A DNA stretch of 64,000 nucleotides, from positions 51,388,535-51,452,534 of the forward strand of contig NC_068981.1 of the NCBI RefSeq assembly GCF_001194135.2, read 5' to 3'. This document shows positions 1-12,769 of this stretch, in pieces. Source of the DNA: Octopus bimaculoides (Eukaryota). The position numbers and the translations under genes are program-made. The number at the start of each line of letters is the position of its first letter. Position 1 is the stretch's first letter. Below the pieces are notes generated by a model. The model was not told where the DNA came from. It saw nothing but the letters and a program-made list of their open reading frames with translations, and searched no databases.

Positions 1-41
<41 letters not shown>

Positions 42-731
42 CATATACATATATATTTTTATTTACATATATATACAAAAACGTGTATGTGTGAGTGTGC
101 ATGCGTGCGTGTGCATGAGTGTGTGCGCGCGCGTATATCGTGCGTGCGTATGTGTTTGTCTGTTTACGCGCGCATGTGCTCACGCCTGTGCCTAGTTGGA
201 AGTGATGCTTTTGTTTCCTGAAATGGGAACGATGTTCGTTTAAAAGAACTCTATTATATAGCTTCTACATAAGGTTGAAAATATAATAGAGTTTCTCTTC
301 AAATTTCTCAATTTAGAAATGGACATATGTCTAAATACGTAATTACAGTCCTTACAGATATGTGTGAACATGTGTGTGTACCTGCGTGTGTTTGAGTGTG
401 TATACTCTCATATATAGTACAATTCTATACTACCTTCTTATACGTCTACGCACACACTCACACGCATGTCTATTGTTTTTCATTATGTGTTGTTTAATAT
501 TTCTCCCGTTATTCTCACTTAACTTTCCGTCTCATTTTTCTCACATCGGTATCTTTACTATATTTTCTAATCTTATTTTTGGCTATTTCTAACGCCTACC
601 TCCACCACATCCCTACATACACACACATTCATATACACGGAAGCACACAGACTTATATGTCTACAGATATGCCTCTGTGTGTGTGTGTGTGTGTGTATTT
701 ATATGTATATATATATATGTATGTGTGTATA

Positions 732-1609
732 NNNNNNNNNNNNNNNNNNNNNNNNNNNNNNNNNNNNNNNNNNNNNNNNNNNNNNNNNNNNNNNNNNNNN
801 NNNNNNNNNNNNNNNNNNNNNNNNNNNNNNNNNNNNNNNNNNNNNNNNNNNNNNNNNNNNNNNNNNNNNNNNNNNNNNNNNNNNNNNNNNNNNNNNNNNN
901 NNNNNNNNNNNNNNNNNNNNNNNNNNNNNNNNNNNNNNNNNNNNNNNNNNNNNNNNNNNNNNNNNNNNNNNNNNNNNNNNNNNNNNNNNNNNNNNNNNNN
1001 NNNNNNNNNNNNNNNNNNNNNNNNNNNNNNNNNNNNNNNNNNNNNNNNNNNNNNNNNNNNNNNNNNNNNNNNNNNNNNNNNNNNNNNNNNNNNNNNNNNN
1101 NNNNNNNNNNNNNNNNNNNNNNNNNNNNNNNNNNNNNNNNNNNNNNNNNNNNNNNNNNNNNNNNNNNNNNNNNNNNNNNNNNNNNNNNNNNNNNNNNNNN
1201 NNNNNNNNNNNNNNNNNNNNNNNNNNNNNNNNNNNNNNNNNNNNNNNNNNNNNNNNNNNNNNNNNNNNNNNNNNNNNNNNNNNNNNNNNNNNNNNNNNNN
1301 NNNNNNNNNNNNNNNNNNNNNNNNNNNNNNNNNNNNNNNNNNNNNNNNNNNNNNNNNNNNNNNNNNNNNNNNNNNNNNNNNNNNNNNNNNNNNNNNNNNN
1401 NNNNNNNNNNNNNNNNNNNNNNNNNNNNNNNNNNNNNNNNNNNNNNNNNNNNNNNNNNNNNNNNNNNNNNNNNNNNNNNNNNNNNNNNNNNNNNNNNNNN
1501 NNNNNNNNNNNNNNNNNNNNNNNNNNNNNNNNNNNNNNNNNNNNNNNNNNNNNNNNNNNNNNNNNNNNNNNNNNNNNNNNNNNNNNNNNNNNNNNNNNNN
1601 NNNNNNNNN
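732..1609. other. Assembly gap (N-run) flanked by (TA)n/(TG)n; other gaps at 13199-13208, 23728-23806, 32764-33107, 37529-37711, 41547-41563, 42830-43443, 57799-57808, 62186-62289, 62789-63539
   Basis: N runs seen directly; most are bordered by TA microsatellites, typical of short-read assembly breaks. Confidence 0.99.
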
Positions 1610-1654
<45 letters not shown>

Positions 1655-2671
1655 TTTGCATGTGTGTATGTATGAATGAATGAACGAATGTATAGAAAGT
1701 AAAGATGCTCGTAAAGATTTTCAGTGCGTTATTCAGTTGTATTCAGTTGTATTCTTTTCATTCAGAGGTTGAATCCAGACAAGTTTCGCTTTGTATTTCA
1801 TCCTTCTGGGTTTAATAAAATAATTACTAGGTAAAATAGTGCGATGATATAATAGACTCTCCCTCACCCTCACCTCAAACGTTTGGTCTGGTATTTATGT
1901 TAGAAATCGAAAATTAGCACGTGGAAGACAGATAATGGCCATGGGCTTTCAAAGCTTTTCCACTTCAAAGTAACAGAAACCATTGTAGTAATAGCATTAG
2001 AGACAGAACAAAGATATAAAATGTTGATAGGCTAGTGTACGTAACGTAGTTTCGACTAACGTTTTACCAGTCTGTCTGATAGCCACACTACCAAATGGCT
2101 CCTCTCAAGTTACAGCCTTAATAACAATTATAATTAATGTAGACATAGTCGACAATGCCGCTTTCATTCCAACGCAATAAATATTTTATTTCCTACTTTC
2201 GAAGCTATTTAATTTTCCACACCGTTTTAAGATAAATACAAATTTTTAACTGCCAATTTATTCATGTTGTATTTTCTAATAAATTAGCTACTAACATTTC
2301 TTTGTGTCTAAAAAGCAATCGAGTAATTGCAAAATTATGTAAACGTTTCTGTCTATGAAAGAAGATAACATGAATTTTCGAATTAAAATTAGATTACGAA
2401 TGGAAATAAGCACTACTCTTAAAGTGGATCTCATTTTGGTCGGTGCCACAGAGTAGGCGGAAGCTTCTAGTAAGCTTCGATATCTGATTTCATTCATTTC
2501 ATATTACTACATATGAGAAGAAAAAAAATTAGCGTTATAGTAACTAATTGTTCTTCAATATAATAAACACTGAAAATGCATGCCTATGTAGAAATATGAA
2601 TCTAAGTTTCAGTATTTTCGGCACCATTCATAGAATGCAATCATAACTCAAATTAATTATTCTCTGGGTCA

Positions 2672-2745
2672 TACTACTACTACAACTACTACTACTACAG
2701 CTACTACTACTACTGCATCTGTCACTACTGTTACTACTGTTTCTA
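2672..2745. repeat. (CTA)n/(CTG) degenerate trinucleotide microsatellite
   Basis: catactactactacaactactactactacagctactactactactgc seen directly. Confidence 0.9.
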
Positions 2746-2778
2746 CACTCCCCCTCCCGTACGTATACATACACATTT

Positions 2779-3900
2779 ATAGATGGAGTTTGTGCTGAAA
2801 TGCTTAAAGCAGAGGTCAAAACATTACCAACTACTTTTCAAAAACAATTTATAAAATATCTGAAACAATCAAGATATATCGAACAGTTGGAAAAGAATGA
2901 CTCATTGTGAAATTACCAAAGAAAGGTGATGCATCAAACTGTAATATTTAGAGAGGAATCACCTTATTAGCTATCACCAGTAAAATATTCAACCCCATTA
3001 TATTACAGCGCATCACACAACAGTAGGCTAATTATTTCGCCAAGAGCAAGCTGGATTCAGGAAAGGAAAATCATGTATCGACAATATTTTTGTAATTTGC
3101 CAAATATTCGAACAATCCCATGAACGGAACTCATCATTGTGCATGCTGTTTGTTGACTCTAAAAAAGCTTTCGATAGCCTTCACCGAGATACTCTATAGA
3201 AGATTCTCAGACACTATGGTTTCCCACACAAATAAGCCAAGATGATTCGTTTATTGTACGGAAACTTTGAATTCAAGTTATACACAACAAACTGATAGAC
3301 CCGTTCGAAGTCAAAACCGGAGTCAAACAAGGATGCGTGTCTCACCAAACTTATTTTTATTAGCAGTGTATTGGTTGATGCAAAGAACGACACAAAAATA
3401 TAAACCTGATATAGAATGGAACACAGCTCAACTAGAATATTTAGGTTATACAGACGGTATTTGTTTGTTCTCATACACGCCTCAAGTGATACAAGACAAA
3501 TCAAATCTGAACGACTTAGTCAAATAGCCAACACCATAGATCTCAAAAGCAACGAGAAGAAAACGTACACACTTTGTGTAAAAAAAAATAACAGATGCTG
3601 ACCATGTGACTTTGAACGACAAACCAATCGCAAATGTTGAGGAATTTAACTATCTATGTACCAAAATAACAATGGATGGAGACCGCATAAATGAAATACA
3701 TACAAGGGTCAGCAATGATTCGGTATGCTAAACTCAATATGGAAATCAGCAATACCCAGTAGGAGCACTAAAGTACGATTTTACAAAAGAACACATTTAG
3801 CATCCTCTTCTATGCATCCGAATATTGGAAAACAGCTAAAAGTATTAAAAAGAAACTGGAGGTGTTTCAAAATAAATGTTTGCGAAAAATTTTGAAGGTC
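2779..3900 (+). mobile_element. RTE-clade LINE reverse transcriptase remnant (frameshifted, with stops)
   Basis: Manual translation across frames gives IDGVCAEMLKA, LIVKLPKKGDASNC..RGITLLAITSKIF, QEQAGFRKGKSCIDNIF, FVDSKKAFDSLHR, FEVKTGVKQGC and KKLEVFQNKCLRKILKV, which are RTE-type RT and C-terminal motifs. Confidence 0.9.
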
Positions 3901-3922
3901 TACAGTTAATTTTGAAGGTCCA

Positions 3923-3925
<3 letters not shown>

Positions 3926-3991
<66 letters not shown>

Positions 3992-4004
3992 CAACAACAA
4001 CAAC
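3926..4004. repeat. (AAT)n followed by (AAC)n microsatellite
   Basis: Seen directly. Confidence 0.97.
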
Positions 4005-4168
4005 ATAAAAAATACCTTAGAAAAAGAGAACTCAGGTTCAAAATTTCCCCAAGACACCTGATGAAGGTTAGAGGGTATATCAGTAGAAACGTTGTGTTAA
4101 CAAGATGAGAACAAATATCCGTCAAATGTAAATAATGTACACAATTCCTCATCTCTTAAATATAGAAC
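4005..4168 (+). mobile_element. Penelope-like element terminal remnant carrying a hammerhead motif
   Basis: Contains CTGATGA...GAAACGTT, the minimal hammerhead arrangement known from Penelope-like element terminal repeats; abuts and truncates the Dong fragment. Confidence 0.6.
4053..4098 (+). ncRNA. Minimal type I hammerhead ribozyme motif (stem II decayed)
   Basis: GACAC (4053-57) - CTGATGA (4058-64) - stem II region - GAAA (4086-89) - C GTT (ACGU palindrome, GUU triplet) - GTGTT (4094-98, pairs with GACAC). Confidence 0.65.
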
Positions 4169-4169
4169 T

Positions 4170-4856
4170 GTAAAATCAACTATATAGCATATATGGTGCA
4201 TCTTGCCGACCACCACTATGTCCGGTGGCTTATGCTCTAGCATTTGATCTGTTTGGATTGAGAAATCCCAGAGCATTTGGCGAGTTTCCGACTCGGCCAC
4301 ACTCTGCGGTTTGTGTTCATACCACATCTTGCCTCTCTCTAGCACCCACTTTCACACAATTCCCAATGTAGCACTTTCGCTACCTAATTATGTCGCCACA
4401 ATTAGTAGTGGTTTAGGGCAAGTCTAGGGTATTAGTTCGTGATATGGCCGAGGATTTCATCCAGTCAATTGCAGATGCGGCACAGCTGACACATTTTCAA
4501 ATTCCTAAGGTTAACCCTCTAGTTCGCAGCCAAAGCATGGTCTTGTGCTACCACTATGGTGCTCTCGGTCTCTTTTTTTAGAGTTCAGCTAATCCCACTT
4601 AATTTTTCCAACAACTTCTGTTGTAGCTACATGGGATTGATTCTGTAGTGACTTCTTACGTAATTCTTATTCGTGTCCTTTTCGTACTTCTTCCATTGAT
4701 TTTTTTTTTCTTTTTTTTCTCTGTTCTCAATAATCTCTCGTTTCTGTCACTAGCAAAGTTTCCATTACTTCGGGCTAGGTATCTCATTATGCTCTCGAAT
4801 TCGATACGCACGCAGTCTTCCATACTTATCAGACCCCTTCCAACATTTCCTCTCTT

Positions 4857-4857
<1 letters not shown>
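4170..4857 (-). mobile_element. R4/Dong-type non-LTR retrotransposon fragment (C-terminal zinc knuckle and RLE endonuclease)
   Basis: Minus translation gives GRGLISMEDCVRIE, KETESTIVVAQDHAL, CRIC..LDEILGHI and WYEHKPQSVAESETRQMLWDFSIQTDQMLEHKPPDIVVV (ORF 4097-4345). Confidence 0.88.

Positions 4858-4908
<51 letters not shown>
4858..4908. repeat. (AAT)n microsatellite
   Basis: Seen directly. Confidence 0.97.
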
Positions 4909-4910
<2 letters not shown>

Positions 4911-4959
4911 GAAGAAACACTAATACAACCCAGCAGGACAACTGAAAATGAATTCTCAA

Positions 4960-5420
4960 AGACTGCAATATCTACAATTTTCTCTTAGTATTTTAAATTT
5001 TCTGAAAAATAAGTTAACAAACTTACACATCTACAGTTTTCAAACACACAAACGATCAGCTTTAAGAACTTCTGTGAATACCTATCCTTTCCTTTCTCCC
5101 TGAGTATTCGAAAATGTAAACATCATCTTCATTTTAAGAACACTAGTTTTCTCTGTTGCTTCAAACAAAAGATCATCTCTAGTAAATTTTAAAACATTAA
5201 TAGCTACAATTTTCTGTGAAAATTTTACCCTCCTTTTCTTTCCTTTCTTTTCTACTTAAGTATTCGGAAATGTAAACAACCTTTTTATTGCAACAACACT
5301 ACAGTCTTCTCTGATCGGACATCTCAAAAAATTCAGAAACTTTAATATCTACAATTTTGTGTGAAAACTTTATCTTTCTTTTTTCCCTGACTACCCGAAA
5401 ATATAAACATGCCTATTATT
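4960..5420. repeat. Degenerate tandem repeat, about three units of 130-160 bp
   Basis: Recurring blocks ctacaattttctgtgaaaa and (g/a)agtattcg(a/g)aaatgtaaaca near 5101, 5257 and 5388. Confidence 0.65.
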
Positions 5421-5564
5421 GTAATTGCACAATTAAATGTACGATAAAAAACAAAAACAAAAATTAAAGAATTAAGCATGTGCCAATATATACAAATTGC
5501 ACAGTTACAAAATCTGTCAACCAGAGCAAAACTTATAAAAAAAAAGAAAAAATTCAAAGGAAAA

Positions 5565-5642
<78 letters not shown>
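5565..5642. repeat. (TTA)n microsatellite, possibly the tail of the adjacent minus-strand LINE
   Basis: Seen directly; reads (TAA)n on the minus strand just after the 3' end of the 5645-6460 element. Confidence 0.95.
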
Positions 5643-5644
5643 GA

Positions 5645-6460
5645 TACTAGATTGATCTTGACAGTGACTTCAAAAATTCGGCCAGCAAAGCCGTCGCCGA
5701 ACCGAGTTAGTCTTGCTTTTATATAGTTTCTGATGAATTAAAATCATCTTTGGGTGTGCTGCTTTGAGTGAGGTGGTAATTAAGTTTTTGTGATCATTTG
5801 TTATGTGAAGGTATTTTGGAAAAATTTTAATTGATCAAATTTTGCGGTCAAATTATTGTTTAGGAATTTATTTATGCATGTAAAATTTTCTAAACAAGCT
5901 TTTAGATGTTTCTCTTTTGTTTGTCAGGCACGAAGTTTGACAGTAGTTTCCTTGTGTTTCGTAACTTTTGGATTTAATCCTTTTGCTTTGACAATATTAA
6001 TGTCAAAGGACAACAACCAGAATTTAAGCACGTAGTAATCGGGTGAGCCAACTTTTCCACCAAATGATGTAGATAGGTGGTATGTTTAGGCTGGTTCTGT
6101 CATTGTAGTTGTTGCCATTTAGGGTATTTCTGCTTTTCATTTGTAAGGTTGGGTTATTAGTCAGGCATATCATGACTTTGTTGGTATAGAAAATAGTTTC
6201 TCTAGTGCATTGGTGTGTACAAAAATATATGAGTAATCGCTATGTGTGTATGTTTCGCTCTAGGTTCTCAATGTTCCATAAAGAATTTGATTAATATATA
6301 AGAATTTTAAGCAGGCTGTTTTTGGAGGTAGAGTTCGGTTGATATTTCTTATAAAATGTCATTTAATTCTGGTCTCGATATATGCTAAAGTGGGGCTAAT
6401 ATGGAAAGTGTGCAAGACTATCTTGTGTAAAATTGTGTGTGTGTGTGTGTGTGCGTGTGT
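5645..6460 (-). mobile_element. Highly decayed LINE 3' end (I/Jockey-like)
   Basis: Coding-like composition with a remnant resembling the RT C-terminal I.P.L.Y motif, ending in a (TAA)n tail, a known feature of I-clade LINEs. Many stops, so clade assignment is tentative. Confidence 0.4.
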
Positions 6461-6571
6461 AGCTATATATTTGTATTTCTTAAATTGGTATGTTTAGCCG
6501 TCGATATCCTAGCTCGAAGTTAATTACATTCTTGTTTAAGAATAATTAATCTGTACTCTACAAAAGTATAC

Positions 6572-6978
6572 GGCGTGGTTGTGTGGCAAGTATATTTGCT
6601 TCCCAACCACATGATTCCACGTTCAGTCCCATTGCGTGGCACTTTGGGCTAGTGTCTTCTACTATAGGTAAAAGCGGGCCAAGGCCTTGAGAATGGGATT
6701 TGTAGAAACTGAAAGAAGCCCATGTTATATAAATATGTACGTATGTATGTGTGTGTGGGTGTGTTCGTGTCTGTGTTTGTTCCCCACGACCGTTTGAGAA
6801 CCAGTGTTCGTGCATTTAGGTGCCCATAACTTAGCAGTTCGGCAAAAGAGAGCGATGCGATAAGTACTATGCTTTAGAAAATAGGCCTTGGTGTCAATTC
6901 GTTCGACTAAAACCCTTCAACGCGATGCTCAAATATGGCCGCAGTTTAATGACTGAAACAAGTAAAAGATAAAAGATA
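6572..6978 (+). mobile_element. tRNA-derived SINE, family A (internal TA/TG microsatellite)
   Basis: Head ggcgtggttgtgtggcaag...gttcagtccc (A/B-box-like), body gtcttctactatag, tail aatgactgaaacaagtaaaagataaaagata; homologous copies elsewhere in the window. Confidence 0.88.
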
Positions 6979-8434
6979 ACCCATCCGTTTAATACAAAAT
7001 TGTTTTTATTATAACTGAACATAAAGTAAAACTTTGATGTGTGTGTTTGTGCGTGTTATCGCATGTGTATCGATGGAAAGCAAAATGAAAATTTTACAGT
7101 ATTCATTATTCAAAGCTAAGACTTATAATCCGTCACACCTTACAGTTTCTTTCTACTGTATTTTTCATCGGATGCTGACAAACGTGTCAGTGCCAGGAAC
7201 GTCAATGCAACGGAAAATTTTAAATAGAAGTGAAGTTAGTATAAATATATAAATACTAGCGACTTTATTGACTGCTTTATCTAACATTTGTAGACACAAA
7301 TACTCTTACACATATTCATATATGAGGAATTACATCACAAACACCTGCACAATGCTTGTCGGAAACATTTGTAATTATCACATATATGTTTAAATTTCAA
7401 CTAATTTATGTCTCATAAATCTCTTTGGTGGTTTATTATATAGCCTTTTGATAATGTAAGCACGAAACTTACTCATACCACGGAGAAGCACAAATTAAAT
7501 TTGTAGTCCAAGCTAGCACTTTCAATTTGATTTTAATTATGACTTTTATTTAATAAATTTCACTAATATTACTTAATGCATTCAACCATATTTGTTGTAG
7601 TTTATATTCTACATTTTAGCAATGTATAAAATGTAAGCCATTAAAAGATAACAGCTCCGCAGTTTTATTACTACCGAATGAATTCAAGCGTGTTGCATTC
7701 CCACTGTGCCTAATTCCTGTGGCTAACAACGGAGCCTAACATTAATCACTAGATGAATCACATCTGCAACAAAGGCTAAATCATTCGAAACGAGATGATT
7801 ATGACTTGCTAGAAATAGCAGCTAAATCGTCGCCAATCACACTTTGTTGTCATAAAAAATGATGGCACATCACATAATATACTCGGAGATACTTAAAATA
7901 AATATAACGATATGGAATGACCAGAGCTGAGTTATTTACGAACATAGGCGTGCTATTGAAGGCTGAAATGAGGCTAAATAACAACGATAGCATAACGAAC
8001 AACAATAAACTTACATCTCGGAACAACTCTTTCACTGGCTTTGCTAATTTTCTTCCTTAAGTTTTGATCACCTATTACTAACTTAGTCTGATCACGAAAA
8101 ATCAATGTAGTTTCAAAGTATTTTATAATTTTATAGTGTATCAATTACTTTTATGAAAATTTATAGTCGTGAATTGAGTATAGATAATTTTCATGTAAGA
8201 TTTTATGGACCTGAAGGAATTTCCATACTTGGCTTTTATTTATTTTAATTATTCCTGTCCAACTTTGTACGTATATTGCACTACTATTATCTTAATTCAG
8301 AATGCCATTTATGAATTCCAATTATTAATGATTTCTATATCTTCCTTTCATATAATATTAGCATTATATAGAAGTTACAAGAAAACACCGATGTATCACA
8401 TAGTTACATATGTTTATGTGTGAGTGTGTGTGTA

Positions 8435-8472
<38 letters not shown>

Positions 8473-8871
8473 ATGTATATATCTATGTAAGCATGCATGT
8501 TTGTGTGTATGTATGTATATACACGCGTTTCATCCATGCCAGTGGCCCCAACAAAATACGTATTGTGTTTCTCACCACACCCGTAAGCTCCACGACAACT
8601 ACTTGAAGTTTGTGATTTGGTCAGTTACGTAGATGGCATGGATAGAAATACAAGCATACAGGTATATATATGATAGACAGGGTGTTATACCGGCACGTTT
8701 CGGTAATAGCGGTTCTGGTCACCCCTGTGAATTTCAGGTGTACGCCTGCGCACAGGTACACATGCACACACATATATGTTGGCGCGCGAGTTCGGTCCAA
8801 AAGGTAATTTTACATGTCATGATTTGGCTCGCTCTGTATCATGTTAACTGCGTGGAGAAAGTCCATAAGGT

Positions 8872-9385
<514 letters not shown>

Positions 9386-11076
9386 TTACTTCTTAGCAGA
9401 TTTCAGTATGGTCATGCACAAGTGTCGTATATTTCTTGATATACAGTACTCAACAGTGAACACATACTTCGGTGTACATCTACAACCTTCGTACAGCTAA
9501 CACACTCAACTGTACATGTCTGTATATGCGGAAATGCATGCAACGGATTTTGCTTTAGTGATTTCTCAGCGACGTAGATGTATATGTGTTTATATGATAT
9601 AAAGAAAAACAGATAGGAAGAGAGACTGAGAATGGTACTATATGCTTATATACAGATATGGTTGTAAGTGTGTGCATGTATATATGAATATATATGGAGG
9701 AATGGATGCGTGGATATATATATGTATATTTAGTCACAGCTTGACATTTTAATCCCATTACTTTACGATTCACCTTCTGAGGTGAATTTGCTCCATAAAT
9801 GTACCCCCTTTTTTACAGTTGAAATCTCCCCTCAAGATATTCAGTATCATGATCTGTAATAAAGCATATTTTATTATTATAACAAACTGATCGTAAATCA
9901 ACGCGGCAGCTTTTAGAATTCATATGAGGAATATGCTTTGGTTAACTTCAATTTCTGTTTTTCACTCAATATGCTGAAATGTTGCATTATAATATTAAAT
10001 ATTCAAGCCAAATGAAGTTTACACCCACATAATCTCTTGATATGCGGTGATGTGTTATCAACTGTCTAGCAGTCAACGCAGTAGCCCTTGATACCGCTGT
10101 ATTCAAATTGACAAGAGTACTTAATTTTGTTGGACTACCCTTATTTTCGTTTTTGAAAGGAATAGCGGGTGCTGTATGAATCAAAATTTAAAGGTGTTAT
10201 CTTACTATGATTTAACTAGCTAGATTTGTATTAATACATCGCTAGTGCACAAATATTTACTACCGAGTGTTAAGCATCTTTTTTAAAATAACAATAACTG
10301 TAAATATGAAACTTCAGAGATGCAAGTTTTCACACCTGCCTGGGTATCATATAATACATCAGTTTAGAGATTCACTTATCCCTACTTTAAATGAAGCAAC
10401 TTCATAGTGTGAAATATATTCGGAATTGTCACTTTTACTTACAGAAATCTTAGAAATAATATTATTCACAGAACTAATGCGGCCTTTTCTTTCACTGCAC
10501 AACTATTTCTATAAGATTTCTATGCTCATTCTATGAAATACCATCATATTAAGTTTACTTTCATAATTCATGTAGATAACGTCTCAGAATAAATACTCAC
10601 AGAGTTTCAGTTTTTGAAATAGGCTAAATTTCCATGCCTACTAATCATTCAGCTGAATTCTAAGTCATATCGTTTTTTAGAAAATATTTTGCATTTATTG
10701 TTCATTTTAGCACTAACTTAGCTAAAAGTCCATACCTCCCATACGATGATAAATCTTTTCTTTTGTTTGCAACTTTGAATTTACGTTCACATCTTTGTTA
10801 CTTCCGCTTGAAAGCTGGCCTTTGGTTGATTTATGATGTCATGCTGATATTGTTGCAGCAAACCTAATTTCTAAGGAATGAAGGAAATAGCTTTCATGTA
10901 TACATGGATGGCAAACTAATCCTTTCACATTTAACAGCTATATCTCGCTAATTGTCATACAAATATTTAAAAGTTGTTAAATATCTTAAAATCATTTCAC
11001 TATTTATTCATTTATTTATTTATTTATCTCTCTCTTGTATATATAGTAAATGCTATTTCAAGTATTTCTTAGTTTC

Positions 11077-11414
11077 TGTTGTGTCGACACCCCCAAGCGA
11101 AGAAGTAGGAGCACCCAAGATATATAAATAGAGGTAGTCTAGCCGTGGTAGAGAAGCTGAGTAGCCGTCGTGTAGCGGTTGAGTAGAAATCATCCGAAGG
11201 TGCTAGATAGCAGTAGCTTGAGACATAACAGTTTCCTTCTTTTATATTTTATATTTATGAAAGGACACAATAAATTAAACAAAAGATAATTAGAATTTCT
11301 TCTGTGTGTACGGTTAGTTGTGCTTCTATTGTCATTATTATTTCGTCTAGGTTCCGCTCTGAACAGACACAAATATAAGCTCACCAGCTGTGACTACTCC
11401 GCCATTTTGCTACA
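11077..11414 (+). mobile_element. Candidate solo LTR (alternatively a promoter region)
   Basis: Begins TGT, ends ACA, TATATAAA at 11121-28, AATAAA at 11269-74; no target-site duplication found. Confidence 0.35.
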
Positions 11415-12179
11415 TAATTCACCCGAATCGCTCTCCTATATATTTCCTCGTAAGTTGTTACGGTGGGAGTTTTTAAAAAATATCTAATATTCCTCTAGTT
11501 TGTCAAGAGATTGTGTAAATATCATTCATTAGATCGTGTACGCTTCATAATGCAATGGATACCCAGTCTTTATAAGTTTTAACTAAATAATTGAGTTCAC
11601 TTATGTACGCTAGCGGAACTTGATCAAATTTATATCGTTATGGTTACTTAAATAGGTAAGGTACTTCTTTGTACAGCCTATTAAATGTTAATTAGAGCGA
11701 AATATGATGCCTTGTGATAGAAACGGATAATATCACTTACAGTACTAACGGACATACAAGACATAAACCTATACCCTCTATATCTAAAATATGAAACGTA
11801 TGTGTGTATATACATGTGTGTGTTTAAATCTCAAATAAAATTTATACATGCTTCTAAACAGCGGAGATTGAGACTATTACAGAAAATTGCTACCTTCAGC
11901 TAGGAGGCGAGCAGAGGTTATATGTGTACAAGACTTATCAAATTTCAGACACTTGTCTATACAACATATATATGTGTATGTGAGAGAGACAGACAGACAG
12001 ACAGAGAGTGTGTGTGTGTATGTGTGTGTGTGTGTTTGTGTTTTTCTGTGTATGTGTGTGCGTGCGTATGTGTCTGTATGCGTCTGTAAGGAAAGTCAAA
12101 TTGTTGAAGAAAATGGTCAAAGGTACACCGAAAAATCTCTCGGCGCGATTAGGATCTAGTTTTAAGATCATTTCGTCAA

Positions 12180-12750
12180 ATTTATTTCATAGATCCACTC
12201 TGAGAAAAAGATATAAACTAAAACATATAAACCGAAACAATGTAAACATTCAAGTGGGAACGGAAAGAAAAAAGGGTGTTACCAATGCAAATAGAAAATA
12301 ATAGAAGAGCTTCATCCGAATAAAAAAGTGAAAGACAATGTGAAAGAGCAATGTTCGTGATAGAGAAAGTGAGATACTTTGATACTGAATGAGGACACTG
12401 ACAAGAGTATGCGAGAATAGAAGTAATAATAAGAGCAAATGGGAGCGTGCGGTGGAGAAAAAACAAATAGTTTCAGGAAATAATGTAACAGTAGAAGGAA
12501 GGGAACAATAAGTGAGATACTGAAGCGGGAGGATGTGATATATATATATATATATATATCACACATCACACACCATTACACCATACCACACAACACATCA
12601 CATCACAACACGCCACCACGCACACACCAGCACTGACCAATTCCCAGCCCTACATGTTCACACCTAAACATACACACACGCACACGTCAAAATCACCAGC
12701 CCTATTCCACACGCACATACGAACTCTCTTATACAAACGCACGCGCACCT
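12180..12750. repeat. Low-complexity block: purine-rich tract, (TA)n, then CA-rich tract
   Basis: Composition seen directly. Confidence 0.75.
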
Positions 12751-12769
12751 TAGTTTCGGGATCACCACT

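Noticed and set aside
579-1683. Long ORFs spanning N-gaps (also at 23.5k, 32.7k, 37.4k, 42.7k, 62-63.5k)
   Set aside because: They are open only because N codons contain no stops; the flanks translate TA/TG microsatellites.
2291-2497. 68-aa minus ORF MNEIRYRSLLEASAY...
   Set aside because: No recognisable family; the nearest good acceptor leads to stops in all three frames.
8676-8730. ACAGGGTG...CACCCCTGT inverted ends (MITE or pre-miRNA candidate)
   Set aside because: Short, imperfect arms, no TA TSD and a poorly paired interior; no known miRNA seed recognised.
9987-10184. Minus ORF with a possible cag acceptor
   Set aside because: No convincing donor and no recognisable protein similarity.
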